The position numbers and the translations under genes were made by a program. A DNA stretch of 64,000 bases from Rhizaria sp. SCN 62-66 (lineage: Eukaryota), in assembly GCA_001724265.1 (NCBI GenBank), contig MEDY01000007.1, forward strand, positions 62,001-126,000, given 5' to 3'. Position 1 is the stretch's first letter. Every line of letters begins with the position of its first letter. The notes beneath the pieces are model-generated. The model had not been told where the DNA came from, did no database searches, and saw nothing but the letters and a program-made list of their open reading frames with translations. Shown piece by piece: positions 42,901 through 55,100 of this stretch.

Positions 42901-45190
42901 GAGGACTGCGCAGAGAAGAAGAGTGAAAACATACCAAAGAGTGTGAGCAAAATGACCAATTTCTTATAACATACCGAGATTCATCAAATAATCGTTGCAG
43001 TAAATGACCCGTACCTTAGTGGTCGCGTCGTAGTTCCACTGCGGGGTAAAGAGCCTGGGAATGGTGAAATAGGGAGACTCCCAAGTCGAGCACGAGTACA
43101 CGACGCCCAGCGCCTTCTTGCACCCATACTTGATCTGGATATAGAACGGGTACATCGAGCCGTCATCGCTGGCGAATGCGATCTCATGCGTCGCGTCACC
43201 GGCCGGCAAGTTGAGCGACTTCTCCTGCCGCTCCTCGTCGCGCAGCGCCACAAGGCGGAAGCGCATGAGGCGAATCTCGCCGTCCTCGAGCGCAGAGTCG
43301 TGGTGGTAGCGCAGACGCACCGAGAATGCCGCGTTGGGCGCGCGCACGCTGCCCGCCGCGGGGTCAACGAGCGTGAAGCGGTCCAACGACTCGGAGAACA
43401 AGAGGAACTTGTCGGGCGCATTGGCCGACGCACACGTGGGGTCGTCGAGCGAGCACACGGGCACGACTGTGTCGGCCGCGGCGCAGGGCGTGTACACGGT
43501 CTCCAGCCCCAGATCCTTGTCCACGGCGCCGGCGTTCTCCGCGGCGGGCAGCACCACGGTCGGCGTGCCGGTCGCGCTCGAGTTGGTAAAGACGCATATG
43601 TCGGCGTAGACCTTGTCGCTCCGCAGCAAGCTCTGCGTGACGGTGAAACGGATGGTGCCGTCGCCGGTCGTGGTGACCGTGGGCACGGTGACCGTGAGCG
43701 AGCCGAAGAAGGTGCCCTCGCCGCGGTCGAACGTGCTCGCGTGGGAGTAAAACCGCACGCGCACGGCGGCAGCCGTCGTCGTCGGCGCCGTGGCCGATGT
43801 GGTAAGGTTGTAGTGCATGTGGAAGGCGTCGTTGAGCGCGAACACGCGGCCGTCGTTGTTGCCGAAAAAGGCCGTGTTGAGCAGGACCCCGGGCGGAAGC
43901 GCGAGCGTGGCCATATTCGCATTGCCAGAAGCAGCAGCAGCAGCCGCAGCAGGAGCACGAGTGTGGGGTCGACGGCGCGCCAAAGCAGCATGCGGGTTAC
44001 TCGACTGAGCGCTAGTGCTGGTGGGAAGGAACTCGAAGGCGTCGGCGTACTGCGCGCGGACCGCGGCCTCGGCCTCGGGCATGCTGTCCAGCTGGCCCGC
44101 GGTGGCGGCGGGGCCCCAGAGCGCGGCCGCCACCGAGTCGGCGAGCGGGCCGAAGACGGAGTCGGCGCGCGCGGAGAGGCTGCTGCGCGCCGCTGCGATC
44201 GCGGGATGCGCCGCGATGTTCGCCCAGTCGCGGGCCGAGGGCGCGCCGGTGTCCAGCGCGACGGAACCGGAGAGGAAAAGGTCCGCGGGGTCCACGGGCG
44301 CAGTCTGCAGCGTCACGCGCCGCGCCGCAGTCGCATTCGCGGACTGGGGCTCGATTGAGACAGCGGTGATCACGCGGTAGAAAGGGCGCGGGGCGCCGAG
44401 GCGGGAGAGGGAGCAGCGGAAGCGGCGGCTGCCGTGGAGGTACGCGCCGGAAACCAGCGCGGCAACAGCAGCGCCAGCATTAGCGTCAGTTGCTGCGGGC
44501 AGGTTGAAGGATATGGAAGTGGGGTTGGTGCACGAGAGGCTGAAAGCAGCTGCGGAGGCGCTGAAAAAAGAGTCATCGTTGTTGCCAAGGCCAGCGTTGT
44601 TGACGCTGCTGCTGCCACTATCGATAGCACTATCTTCGTTGCCGTTGTTCTTGCTGTTGTCGTTGAACAGGTTGGAGAAAGTGGCGATGTTGACGACATT
44701 GGGCTTCAGAGCAGCATTGTACGCCAGCGAGACCTGCTCGCCAGTGGCCAGAAGCGTGCGCGCGGCACCGGAGTAAAGCGTAGCGGTAGAAGCAGCATCC
44801 TCGGTGGTGGCGGTAGAAGTAGGGGAGAATAGAGAACTGGAGAGCGCAGCAGAGCCGTGTGCCGAGCTGCCGGCGGCTGCGAGAAGCGTGGGGCGATGCG
44901 ACAGAAGCGATGTCACGGGCTCGACTGCATGGCCACGACGAACAGCGACCGATGACCGTGCAAGCTATGGAGAAGAAGAAAAAGAAAGAATGTAGATCAT
45001 GAGAGAAGATGCGGCCAAAAACATAATGTTTCTACAGCGTGAAGTGCAGCAGACGACTGCAAAGTCGAGCTGAAGAACTGGCAGGCCGAGAATGATGCAA
45101 AAGACGTACCAGTACACCGAGTGTAGTGACTGCAAGAGCAAGAATACTTGCAAAGATTGCAGTTCCAACAATATGGTTCAACCTCTTCAT
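39921..45190 (-). CDS. Type-I membrane surface protein, paralog A (beta-rich ectodomain, PSI domain, TM, Pro/Gln-rich tail); exons 45190-45110, 44964-43015, 42905-39921; contains an in-frame TAG at 41141-41139
   Basis: Signal peptide MKRLNHIVGTAIFASILALAVTTLGVL; two phase-0 introns. The exon junction WNYDATTK|SSVESKTLLD aligns with paralog B WNYKPSTGAASESKTLLD. Track ORFs 41139..42959 and 39921..41078 share one frame and are separated only by the TAG. Final stop is TAA. Could be a pseudogene allele. Confidence 0.8.
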
Positions 45191-45418
45191 GCTGGGAAGC
45201 AACTTGACGATATTCTCGCGACGGAATTCACACCTTTGCAAAGCAGACGAGTTCTCCTGTCTGGCTCAGTTCAGTGAGCGACGACTATCCCCCTTCGCAA
45301 GGTTCCGAAAAAATCGACTTTCCCACCTCCTCCGCTCAACCAACAGGATGACGACGTAACTCGGGCGAACATTGATCGGCTTTGCTCAGGCACCTGGCCG
45401 TTGTTCATTCTGTTTGTG
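45191..45418. promoter_or_regulatory. Putative compact bidirectional promoter/5' leader region between the two divergent paralogs
   Basis: Only 228 bp separate the two divergent ATGs (45190 minus, 45419 plus). Inferred from geometry; no motif identified. Confidence 0.5.
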
Positions 45419-48400
45419 ATGCAGAAGATCATTGTTGGTGCGTGTGTAGTCGCAGCTACGGCTGCTGCTTCAATGCACTTCGAAATCAAGGTATGTAGCC
45501 CCGTCAAAATAGTGCCGTTTTATACTCGTGTCACTTTCTCCCCCGTCACTCTGCATTTTCATGTTTTTTCCAAAGATCTCGTTCTTCTATTATGCTTTTC
45601 AGTGGTATTCCGACTCATTGTGCGCATTTCACACCCTGTGCCCCCTTTTTTATTGCCATCTCAGAACGAGAAGACCCCCTCGTGGGGCGGCTCGCTCCTC
45701 TCCAAGGACGTCCCCTCCGTGGGCACGAACGAGGCTGGCGAGCGTCTCTACGAGCATTCTGCGCGCATGCTTGCTCCCAACGGCAAGCAGTGGTTCTTTG
45801 ACTACAACGCCGCTGTTAAGACCAACACCGTCGTGCTCCAGAATGCCGGCATCGCGGCTTCTCAGGTCACCTGCAGCGAGAACTCGCTGTTCCTGACGCT
45901 CACCGACGCCGAGGTCGCTGCCCTCAACCTCCAGGAGGGCTCGCTCATCCACGGTGACTCTCGCTACGGCTGCTACAACACCGACGTCGATGGTGCGGGT
46001 CCTTTCTACCGCTCCGTCAGCTCTGTTGCCGGGGACGAGGCCGGCAAGGTCGTGCTCACGACCACCGACGTCGACCCCCTGGAGCTTTTCTCCGACCTCA
46101 ACCTCGACCTCAAGGAGTTCGACATGGAGCAACAGGACTGGCAGGCGCTCAAGACCAGTCCGGCCCTCGCGTCGCTGCAGTCCGCGCTGGGCACCGTTGC
46201 CACGGGCACCCGCAACGACGACGACGAGCTGACATCTTTCCCCGACCTCGCCACCGAGGAGGCGCGTCTCACCAGCTCCAACTTCGTTGAGCTCCCCCTC
46301 ACCCCGGCCTCGCTCGCGCGCTTCCGCGCCGCCGTGCCCGCCGCCGAGGTCCGTCTCGCCGAGGACCAGGCCCGCGCCGAGCAGCTCGCCCGCAACTCGC
46401 GCCCCGACAATGCCATCTCGAGCGTCTACGCCCCCGTCGCCGCGGTCGATGGCGACGTCGCGGTCGCCGTGACCGGCCCCACCATCTCCGGCGTGTACTT
46501 CGAGTCCGACGACGCGACCGTCTACACCGCCGGTGACGCCCTCGGCATCTCCCTTGAGACCTCCGGCTTCGCCTCGGGCGCCCAGGTCAAGGTGCGTTTC
46601 TTCACTGCCGCCGGCTCGGCGTTCCCCAAGACCGAGGCGTCGTTCCTAACAAGCGTCAACCTCGCGATCGACGACTCGCTCAACATCCCCATCACCAAGG
46701 TCTTTGCCGGCGAGAACAAGATCTACGCTGACGTGTGCTTCTACACCGGCTCCGTCGAGGACAGCGGCATGTCGTGCGCCACCGCGCCCCAGGTCGTCGA
46801 CGTGTGCTCGCTCGACGACCGGCGGTGCAAGACCAACTCCGTCTTCGTCGTCAACGCCAGCGCGCTCTTCACCATGTCGACCCCGACGGCGAACGAGATC
46901 CTGACTGCGGGCAAGCCTGTGCAGACCAAGATCGCCTTCCACGGCCCCAAGATGGAGGACGTGACAATCCGCCTCATGCGCTGGCGCATGTTGGCTTTCT
47001 CGGACGAGGAGATCGGCAAGCTGGACACCACGATGCGTCCCTCGTACACCACCACGGTGACGTTCAACCCCACCACGGGCGTCGCGGGCTCTATCTACCC
47101 GTACTTCGTGCAGATCAAGTACGACTGCGGCTGGTTCCGCTGCAAGAAGTGGAACTCCCCGTTCTTCTCCATTCCTAAGGACATCGTCGCCACCTGGAAC
47201 TACAAGCCCAGCACCGGCGCCGCGTCCGAGAGCAAGACGCTGCTGGACGTCGACTGCGGCGACATGTACGGCAAGTGCACGGCGCAAACGTCGTGGGTCC
47301 GCAAGGCGCAGTGCAACGCGTGCTCCAAGCTCCACGTGCAGACCAAGGTCGTGTGCGAGGACTGCTGGGTCAACGGCAACGTCGCCGTTGGCGGACTCCG
47401 CGTGCGCCTGATGGACCGCTCCGAGAACCGCTTCGGCATGACCGTGCTCGGTGAGTACGATGCCCATTTCGGCATCAAGGCCACGCTCGACTACGCCACC
47501 GCGGGCGAGAATACCATCGCGTCCGTCGGCTACAAGATCGCGGACTTCGAGTTCACTGTCGCGGGCATCGCGTTCACGGTCGTGCTCAAGCTTGCCGTCG
47601 ACCTCGGCGTCGGCTACAAGATTCAACTGCACGGTGTCGCCAAGTACTCCGCCAGCATCCAGCAGCCCAAGTTCACGACCATCATCAAGTACGGCTCGTC
47701 AACCGCCGCCTCGCAGCCCACGGCGACGAAGCAGGTCACGTCTTCGATGTCGTTCGCCGGCGAGGGCACCCTCTCGGCCCTTATCACCCCTACCTTGCAG
47801 GTCACCATCTCCAAGCTCATCGACGCCTCCGTCAAGCTGCCGCTGTTCATCGACCTCACCGCTAAGGCTGACACCGCCGGCCTCGTCCCCATGTCTAAGC
47901 GCCCCGCTGCGGCCGCCCAGTTCGGCGATTGCGGCAAGGACCACCGGCTCGAGTACCTTGGCGTCGCCGGCGCGCGCAAGTTCACCGCCCACGCCGACAT
48001 GAAGGTCTTCAAGGCCTGGGGCGCCAAGGCCTGGGACTGGACAATTTGGGACGGCAACCAGTTCAACCTGCTCCAGGGCTGCGGCTTCACCATGCCGGCC
48101 AATGGCTTCCGCTTCCGCGCTTCGTTCGCCGGCGCGTGGACCTGGGAGGTGCCGGACGACTTTAACACATACGCCACCACTGCGCAGTTCCTCGGCCTTC
48201 TCGCCGAGGACCTTGAGACCATCACGGGCGCCCCCATCGGCCGCTTTGTGCTCTCCGCCGTTAACCAGTACCCCGACCCCAACGCCGTTGCGGGCAGCGC
48301 CATCGTCACCGCCGGTGCCGGCGAGTCCGAGATAGACGGTGCGAGCATGGCGGCGATCATGCCGCTGATGACCGAGGCCGAAGCCGAGAAAGCCGCGTCG

Positions 48401-49060
48401 ACTGGCATGCTCACCGTCTCGCTCGACTCGCCCGAGACTGCGCGCCTCTTCACCCGTCTCTCCTCGCTCCTGAACCGGAACAAGAAGGACGACACCGAGG
48501 TCAACGCGTCCGTCGGCGTCGCCCGCCGCGTCGCCGTTGTCGAGATCGGCGTGCTCGAGGACGATACCAACGCGCCCAAGGACCCCAAGGGCCGCACGGG
48601 CACCGCGCTGCGCAATGAGATTGAGGCGCTGCTGGGCAGCCCGGCGAGCCACTCCAAGACGTTCCTTGTCAAGGACGGCATCTGCGCGCCCCAGAGCACG
48701 TGCACCGCCTGCGCCAAGACCATCGGCTGCGCCTACTGCCCCACCAACAAGCGCTGCGAGGCCACGGGCTCCAAGTCCTCCTGCGCTAAGTCCCTTATTG
48801 CCAAGCCCGCCAACTGCCCCGCCTCGCTCACGTCGCCCCTCGACGTCTTCGACGCCGCACCGCGCAGCGTGTCTGCGGGCGAGATGATGGCCGCCGAGGA
48901 CGCGTGGGTCGACAAGGTCGTCTTCATCGGCTGCGGGCTCGCCGCGCTGGCCGCTGCGATCGCCGGCGCCATGTTTGTGGTGATGCACAAGCGCAAGCAG
49001 GTGCAGGAGGAGGAGAAGGAGGCCACGGCCGAGGACGTCTACGTCGCGCTCTCTGAGTAA
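45419..49060 (+). CDS. Type-I membrane surface protein, paralog B (same ectodomain, PSI domain, TM, short tail); exons 45419-45490 and 45665-49060; 1155 aa
   Basis: Signal peptide MQKIIVGACVVAATAAA; intron GTATGT..CAG 45491-45664; PSI-like CAPQSTCTACAKTIGCAYCPTNKRCE...C...NCP; TM VVFIGCGLAALAAAIAGAMFVVM; tail ends EDVYVALSE, then TAA. Strong C/G third-position bias. Confidence 0.85.
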   Translation: MQKIIVGACVVAATAAASMHFEIKVCSPVKIVPFYTRVTFSPVTLHFHVFSKDLVLLLCFSVVFRLIVRISHPVPPFLLPSQNEKTPSWGGSLLSKDVPSVGTNEAGERLYEHSARMLAPNGKQWFFDYNAAVKTNTVVLQNAGIAASQVTCSENSLFLTLTDAEVAALNLQEGSLIHGDSRYGCYNTDVDGAGPFYRSVSSVAGDEAGKVVLTTTDVDPLELFSDLNLDLKEFDMEQQDWQALKTSPALASLQSALGTVATGTRNDDDELTSFPDLATEEARLTSSNFVELPLTPASLARFRAAVPAAEVRLAEDQARAEQLARNSRPDNAISSVYAPVAAVDGDVAVAVTGPTISGVYFESDDATVYTAGDALGISLETSGFASGAQVKVRFFTAAGSAFPKTEASFLTSVNLAIDDSLNIPITKVFAGENKIYADVCFYTGSVEDSGMSCATAPQVVDVCSLDDRRCKTNSVFVVNASALFTMSTPTANEILTAGKPVQTKIAFHGPKMEDVTIRLMRWRMLAFSDEEIGKLDTTMRPSYTTTVTFNPTTGVAGSIYPYFVQIKYDCGWFRCKKWNSPFFSIPKDIVATWNYKPSTGAASESKTLLDVDCGDMYGKCTAQTSWVRKAQCNACSKLHVQTKVVCEDCWVNGNVAVGGLRVRLMDRSENRFGMTVLGEYDAHFGIKATLDYATAGENTIASVGYKIADFEFTVAGIAFTVVLKLAVDLGVGYKIQLHGVAKYSASIQQPKFTTIIKYGSSTAASQPTATKQVTSSMSFAGEGTLSALITPTLQVTISKLIDASVKLPLFIDLTAKADTAGLVPMSKRPAAAAQFGDCGKDHRLEYLGVAGARKFTAHADMKVFKAWGAKAWDWTIWDGNQFNLLQGCGFTMPANGFRFRASFAGAWTWEVPDDFNTYATTAQFLGLLAEDLETITGAPIGRFVLSAVNQYPDPNAVAGSAIVTAGAGESEIDGASMAAIMPLMTEAEAEKAASTGMLTVSLDSPETARLFTRLSSLLNRNKKDDTEVNASVGVARRVAVVEIGVLEDDTNAPKDPKGRTGTALRNEIEALLGSPASHSKTFLVKDGICAPQSTCTACAKTIGCAYCPTNKRCEATGSKSSCAKSLIAKPANCPASLTSPLDVFDAAPRSVSAGEMMAAEDAWVDKVVFIGCGLAALAAAIAGAMFVVMHKRKQVQEEEKEATAEDVYVALSE

Positions 49061-51074
49061 GCCGTAGGCTGAGTCGGCGACATTGAGTCGTCGCGCTCCG
49101 CTCCTGTTCCTCTTTTTCTTTTGTCTCTGTTTCACCATCTACCTTCCCATCTGTTCATATTAACTTGTTATTTGTACATGTGCACATACATCTATAATCC
49201 TAATTTGCATCATGACTCTGTAAAATCCACTCTTCCTCTTTTTTAGTCCGCTTACGAATCGCAACCGTCAACGTATGATAATGCGGGCGAAGCATAGAAT
49301 TAGTCAATAATGCGAACCATGCATGCCTCATCACTCATTATAAACGTATTGTTTCTTTCTCTCTACGCTCCGTCCAGGAGTACTGCGTACATGTACGTGT
49401 ACGTATTGCGACGATAGAAAATAAACAACTTGTTCTCATATCTGCCTTGTGATGCTTTCCTTGTAATACGTGGTGTTTAGCGAAGTTGAAAATGGCAACT
49501 TGTGTATTTTGTTTTTTGATTATGGCGGCTTTGGGGTGGTGTTATAGTACGGACACGCCGTTTACATGTGGTTGTTGTCGTCTAAAGGAGAACGAACACT
49601 AAAGTACTACGATTTTCGGGTTAAGTACAGCAGTGAACGTAAAAGCGAAGCTGCTGCTGTTGCAGCTACTGCTCATGTTCTATCATAACGGCAACCCACA
49701 AAACGCAGATGTAAAACTTGCAACTGACGTCGCAAACTAAGACAAGTACGAGCAATCAAGACCGACAAGATGAACTCAAGCTCAAACACTGTCGTTGGGA
49801 TGCAAGTAGTAGGCGATGCTTAGTCGCAGAAACATTAGTTAAGTCGCGAAAAGGGTTATTCATAATCACAATTCCAGATTAATGCTCACATAAACTTTCA
49901 ACATGCAACTGTCGCAACAAGTTCTGAGTCTTATGATATTCACGCACTCGTGCTGACGCTAATACTGCCGCGAACACGGACAACTGCTGGAGATATTAGT
50001 CACAGCGCTGTTCCGCAAAGCTCAGTGGACAAAGACAAGTGTCTGTTGATATTCGTGTTTTGTGACAATATTAATCCTCGATAGTTCGAGTGAGGAATTG
50101 TACATGAGCACTAGTGTGATGGTGTAACAAGCAGTGAACCGGGCATTGTGTGAGTAAGTGTGAAAAAATAAACCGGTGACAAGAAACGTACGTATCAATA
50201 GAAGAAAACGGACAGCAAGGAAGGAACAGCAAGAAAATGTGCTGTTATTGTTGGAGCCACTCAGTAGTCGCGAAGAATTGTGAGAGGCGGAAACGCCGAA
50301 AACTAAGACAAAAGCGGATACTATGAGAGCAACATCAGCAGCAACAGCAAACAATCAAGCAAACAAGCGATATGGAAATGCAATATCGCCCGTGAGAAGG
50401 AGAACAATAGGGTGATGAAGCTAAACACAAAAACCAACAAAGGGGAGACACTACATTGTGCAAGGCATCACAATAGACAAATGATCCAATGCACTAGGTC
50501 GTTGCTGCAAGTTTAAGTAAAGTACGTCAAATCAAGATAGACAGACAAGATGGAACAAAACAGACAAAAAGCAACAAATAAACAATCTGATAAAAACGAA
50601 ACAGCACAAAGCAGTAACAAAAGCTATAAAACACAACCTGTAACAAGAAACAAGTGGAGCACAAAAGAAATGCCAAAACATCAGCTCTTTTAAAGTTAAC
50701 AGACACCACACCACGCATACTCTGGAACACGCTGCAGACACAAGACAAGAATAGAACTCGTTCTTGCGTTACTGCTTTATGAACAGCAGTAAACATGTGT
50801 GTGGCGTCAAAAAGACTAGCATAAAAACAAAATAAAATCATTTCTCCTGAAGTACCAAATAAGATACTAAAAGACTGCTTCATTGGAGATAGATGTGTCG
50901 TGTGAAACACGACAACATTGAAGCCTTGGGTAAGTTTAATGTAAAAACCTGACTGTGTTAACTAGTAGAGACAGTCATTATCATCCATAAACTACTCCTT
51001 GGATTCAGTCGACCGATCACACGTAGTTTTGTGTTCTCTCACATGCTCTAGATCGTGATCACTGTGACAAATTC

Positions 51075-51384
51075 TTATTCGATATCCGTGACCTCAGGGA
51101 GCTCAAAGTCGTGAATGCCCATCCCGGCACCGTGACTGACGTTCACAGCCGCAGAAGCATCGCCCACAGGAGCCTTGGCGCTCTGGGTGCGGGCGCTGCC
51201 GGGACGGGACTGCGACTGCGACGGCGGCTGCGAATGCGGCTGCGAATGCGGCTGTGACGGCGGCTGCAAGTGCGCAGGCGAACGCGACTGCGACCGCGAC
51301 TGCGCCCGTGAGTTGAGCTGCGAGTTCAGCTGAGACTGGGCGTTCGAGTTCGTGTTCGAGCGCGAGTTCGACTGCGAGTGCTGC

Positions 51385-51416
<32 letters not shown>

Positions 51417-52084
51417 GGGGGCGGGACTCATGGCGCGAGGCGAGGGCAAGTCGAACTCGCCACCATCGTCGATCACGAAGTTGTCATCGCCGTGGCTCAA
51501 TGCGGAGTTAAGCGCGAAGCCGCCGCGGCCGGACGCGGCCGCCGCCGCCGCCGCCGCCGCGGCAACGACTGCGTTGGGGTCGACACCCGCGCCCTGCAGC
51601 GTATACACGCCGTTCGCAGCAGCAAGAACGATGTCCTCGCCGTTGGCGTCGTTGCTGTCGGAGGCGGCGGTCACCACGCGCGCGCCGCGCGTCGCAGCGG
51701 CCTGCGCTGCGGCGCTGTTGGGCGACAGCGCACCCTCGACCGCGCCGGCTGCGTTGCTCGGACTGTGGTCGTTGTTGTTGTTGCGGGTGAGCTGCTCGGC
51801 GGTGAACTTGGCGGCGCTGCGCGAGAGCCGCGACTTGCCGCCGCGGCCCGCGGTCGCGCTCAACGGGGGCGCGGCCACGGACGCCGTGGCGAACGCCTCG
51901 GCCGCGGCCGCGCTCGTGGTCACCGTGCTCGTGCCGGCGGCGGCGTGATTCTTGCGGCGGATGTGGGCGAGCTCGACGCTCTTGCCGCCCTCGGCGCCAG
52001 AGTGCGAACGCTGGCGCACGCGCCCGGCCTTGCGGTGGCCGGCGCGCCCGCCCTCCTCGTCGTTGCCGTCGTAATCGTCGCCGA

Positions 52085-52116
<32 letters not shown>

Positions 52117-55100
52117 ACGCGCTGCATGCCCGCGCGGGCGCCCGCGCGCGACCAGCACGAGCAGCCGTACCAGCAGAGCCCGCAAAAGACCTGTGTGAGC
52201 ACGCGCCGCACGCCGCCCACGCGCGCTCTTTTGTCGCTGCTCGCCTCGCCCACCTCGACGCCGTCGCCGACGCTGGCGTTGGCGCCAGAGGAGGCGGCGG
52301 CGGCAGCAGCAGCGGCGGCAGCGGCTTCGGGGCTGCTCCTGCGGCGGCGGAGCGAGAGCGCGGCAAATCCAGCGAGGCAGATGAGCGACGAGCAGATAAT
52401 CGCGATGCCGATGTAGGCGTCGTCGGCCGTCGACGCCGTCGCACCCGCGGGGTCGGCGTTGAGCGGCGAGAGGTGGTGCACGGCCAGTGTGAACGACACG
52501 TCGTGGCAACAAAAGCCGCGCACGCCGATGTGCACCGCGTGAACGCCGATGTCGTTGTACACGCCCGCCGTCGCCAGCCCGCGCTCCGGCCCCGCCGTGT
52601 TGGCGTACCGCGTCGCCGCCGTGTGTGTAAGCTTCTGGTGAGCCGCCACCGCGGCCTCGGCGCGCGCGCGGTGCATCTTGCCGGCGGCCATGAGGTCCTG
52701 GCGAGTCAGAGTCACGGTGCTGTAGCGCTCGCCGACGCGGACCGCGATGTTGCCGCTGCCGCCGGAAGAGCTGGTGTCAGGGAACAATGCGTCCGACACA
52801 CCCGCGCCAAAGATGTAGCTGTCCCACGAGTCGTTTGCGCGGCGGAACCAGCGCTCCGAGGGCAGCGACGTGCGCGCGCCGCAAGGGGCGAAGACGGACT
52901 TATCGGGCTTGGTGCTGCTCGACGAGTGTTCGACGATGGTGATGTCGCCGACGTCGGTATCGAGTGTGATGTAGACGTCGGGGTCGCCGAGGGACGACGT
53001 GCGCGTGAGCACGATGTACAGGTCGCCGAGCAGCAATGACAGCGGGACAGGGCTGGCGGCCTTGTCGGCGGCGTCGTCGTCAGTGCCGGTGTCGTCGTCG
53101 TCGTCGTCGATCGCACGCACGCCGCTCTTGTTCTCACTCTGACTTAGCGTGCGCTGGCTCTTAAGGAGGGCCTTGGCGCGGCGCTTGGCGGCGCGGTTCG
53201 CAGCGGCCGAGGCGGCGGCGGCAGCGGCGGAGGCAGCGGCGGCGGCGTCCTCGTCGACTTGCGAGGTCGCGGCCGCGCCGACACGGCGCAGACGGCGCGC
53301 GGGCGCGAGCGTGTCGCCGCGCAAGGGCAGCGTGTAGTGCGCCCACTGCTGCGGCGGCAGCGTCGCCGAGACCGTGGCCACGGTCGGCAGCACGCGCGTC
53401 ACGATGCCTGACGAGACGATATCGGGGAACGCGCCGCTGTCGCTGGCGCTGTCACTCATCGTACTCATGGACGCCGCGGTGGCAGCGGTGGCGGCGGCGA
53501 AGGCGACGGGATCGTAGAAGTCGTCGTAGTCGCTGTCGGGCGAGTCATAGTTGTCGTAGTAGCTGCGACGAGCGTTGGAGTTCGCAGCCTTGTCGTTCGC
53601 TCTCGAGTTAGAGTTAGCCGCGTTATCGCTGTCGCCGGTGATCTCGTTCTCAGACTCGCTGTCGTCACCGCTGTCGGAAATCGCGGCGAGGTCATCGTCC
53701 TTGATGACGGCCTGCGTGCCGAAGGCCTTGCCGCCCTCAGATACGGCGCGCACACTGGCGTCGGCGACGACGTAGCTGCCCTCGCACCCGGCGGGCACCA
53801 AGGACTCGAACCCGTCCTCCGCGGCGGCATTGACGTAGTTGTTGCCGTTGGCCGCGGCGGAGCTGGTGCAGGGCGAGAGCTCCTGAGTGACGAGGCTGCA
53901 GTCGGCGCCGGCGAAGAGCACGGGCGCGACTGCCGCGCCGGTGCGGGGGTCGCGCAGCTCCGGCACGGGCCAGTGGAAGTGCACCGGCACCGCGGGCGAC
54001 AGCGATGCAGCCGTCTCGGGCGCGCCCGCGGACGCGGCGGCCTCAGCCGCGGCGGCGACGGCGTCCGCGTAGTCGGTCGGGTGCGCCCAACCGCAGTGGC
54101 AGGAGCCGCGCAGACAGCGGCCGCGGCGCGAGCAGGCGCGCGGACACAGCACCGACGACACCGCGGACGTCGTCGTTGAGCTCGCAGTCGCCGCGCCCGC
54201 GGTCGACTTGGTGCTGTTGCTGCCCTTAGCGCCAGCAGTCTTCGCGGACTTGTTGCTGAGCGTGTTGACGTGGCTGACGCTCGCGCTGGCGCTATTGGTG
54301 TTGCTAAGGGTGGTGAGCGGGGCGCAGACCTCGGCGCCCCACTGCGGGCCCTGGCCGGCGCCCGTGCTGTCATCCGCAGCGGCCGACTCGACCAGCTCGG
54401 CGCCCGTCACCACAAGCGCGTAGTGCTGCTGCGGGGGGCCGGTGGCCGCGGTGCCGGCAGAGCGCGTCACCACGCGGCCTGCGCGCACGGCGACGAGGAG
54501 CGGGATCGACCGGCCCTTAAGCGCGGCCTCGACCTCGGCCTCGGTCGCCGTGACAGGCGCCATCGACCCGTCGGGCTGCTGCTTCTGGCGCGTGATGACG
54601 TGCGCGTGCAGGAACGCCGACAGCGGGATCACGGCGCGCTCCAACGGGTTCGCGCCGTCCTTGTGCACGGCGGGCGTCAGCGACTCGGCACGCAGCGCGA
54701 AGGCCGCGCTGGTGGCGTCGGCGACCGAGGCGGCGGACGAGGCGGCCGTGGCGCTCGAGGGCCGCAGCAGCGCAGCGCTGGGGGCCAGCCAGTCGACGGT
54801 GCTGTCAACGTCGGGGAAGTCGGCCGAGTCCGAGAACGCGCCCGAGGTGCCGTAGGCGGGCGTCACGGGCGAGACCGGGGTGGCCGTGGGGGACAGCGAG
54901 CGCGGGACGCCCAACGCCACGCCGTCCGCGTTGCCGAACGAGACCACGGTGTGCGGGACGGCGCCGGCGACAGTGCTGCCGCTGGAGCTGGAACTGGAGG
55001 TGACTGTGGTGGCGGGGAGCTCGACGATGAGGTCGAGGTCGTTGTTAAGCACAGAAGACTGCGCCAACAGCGTCACGACGTCAGCCTCTGCGTCGGAGTC

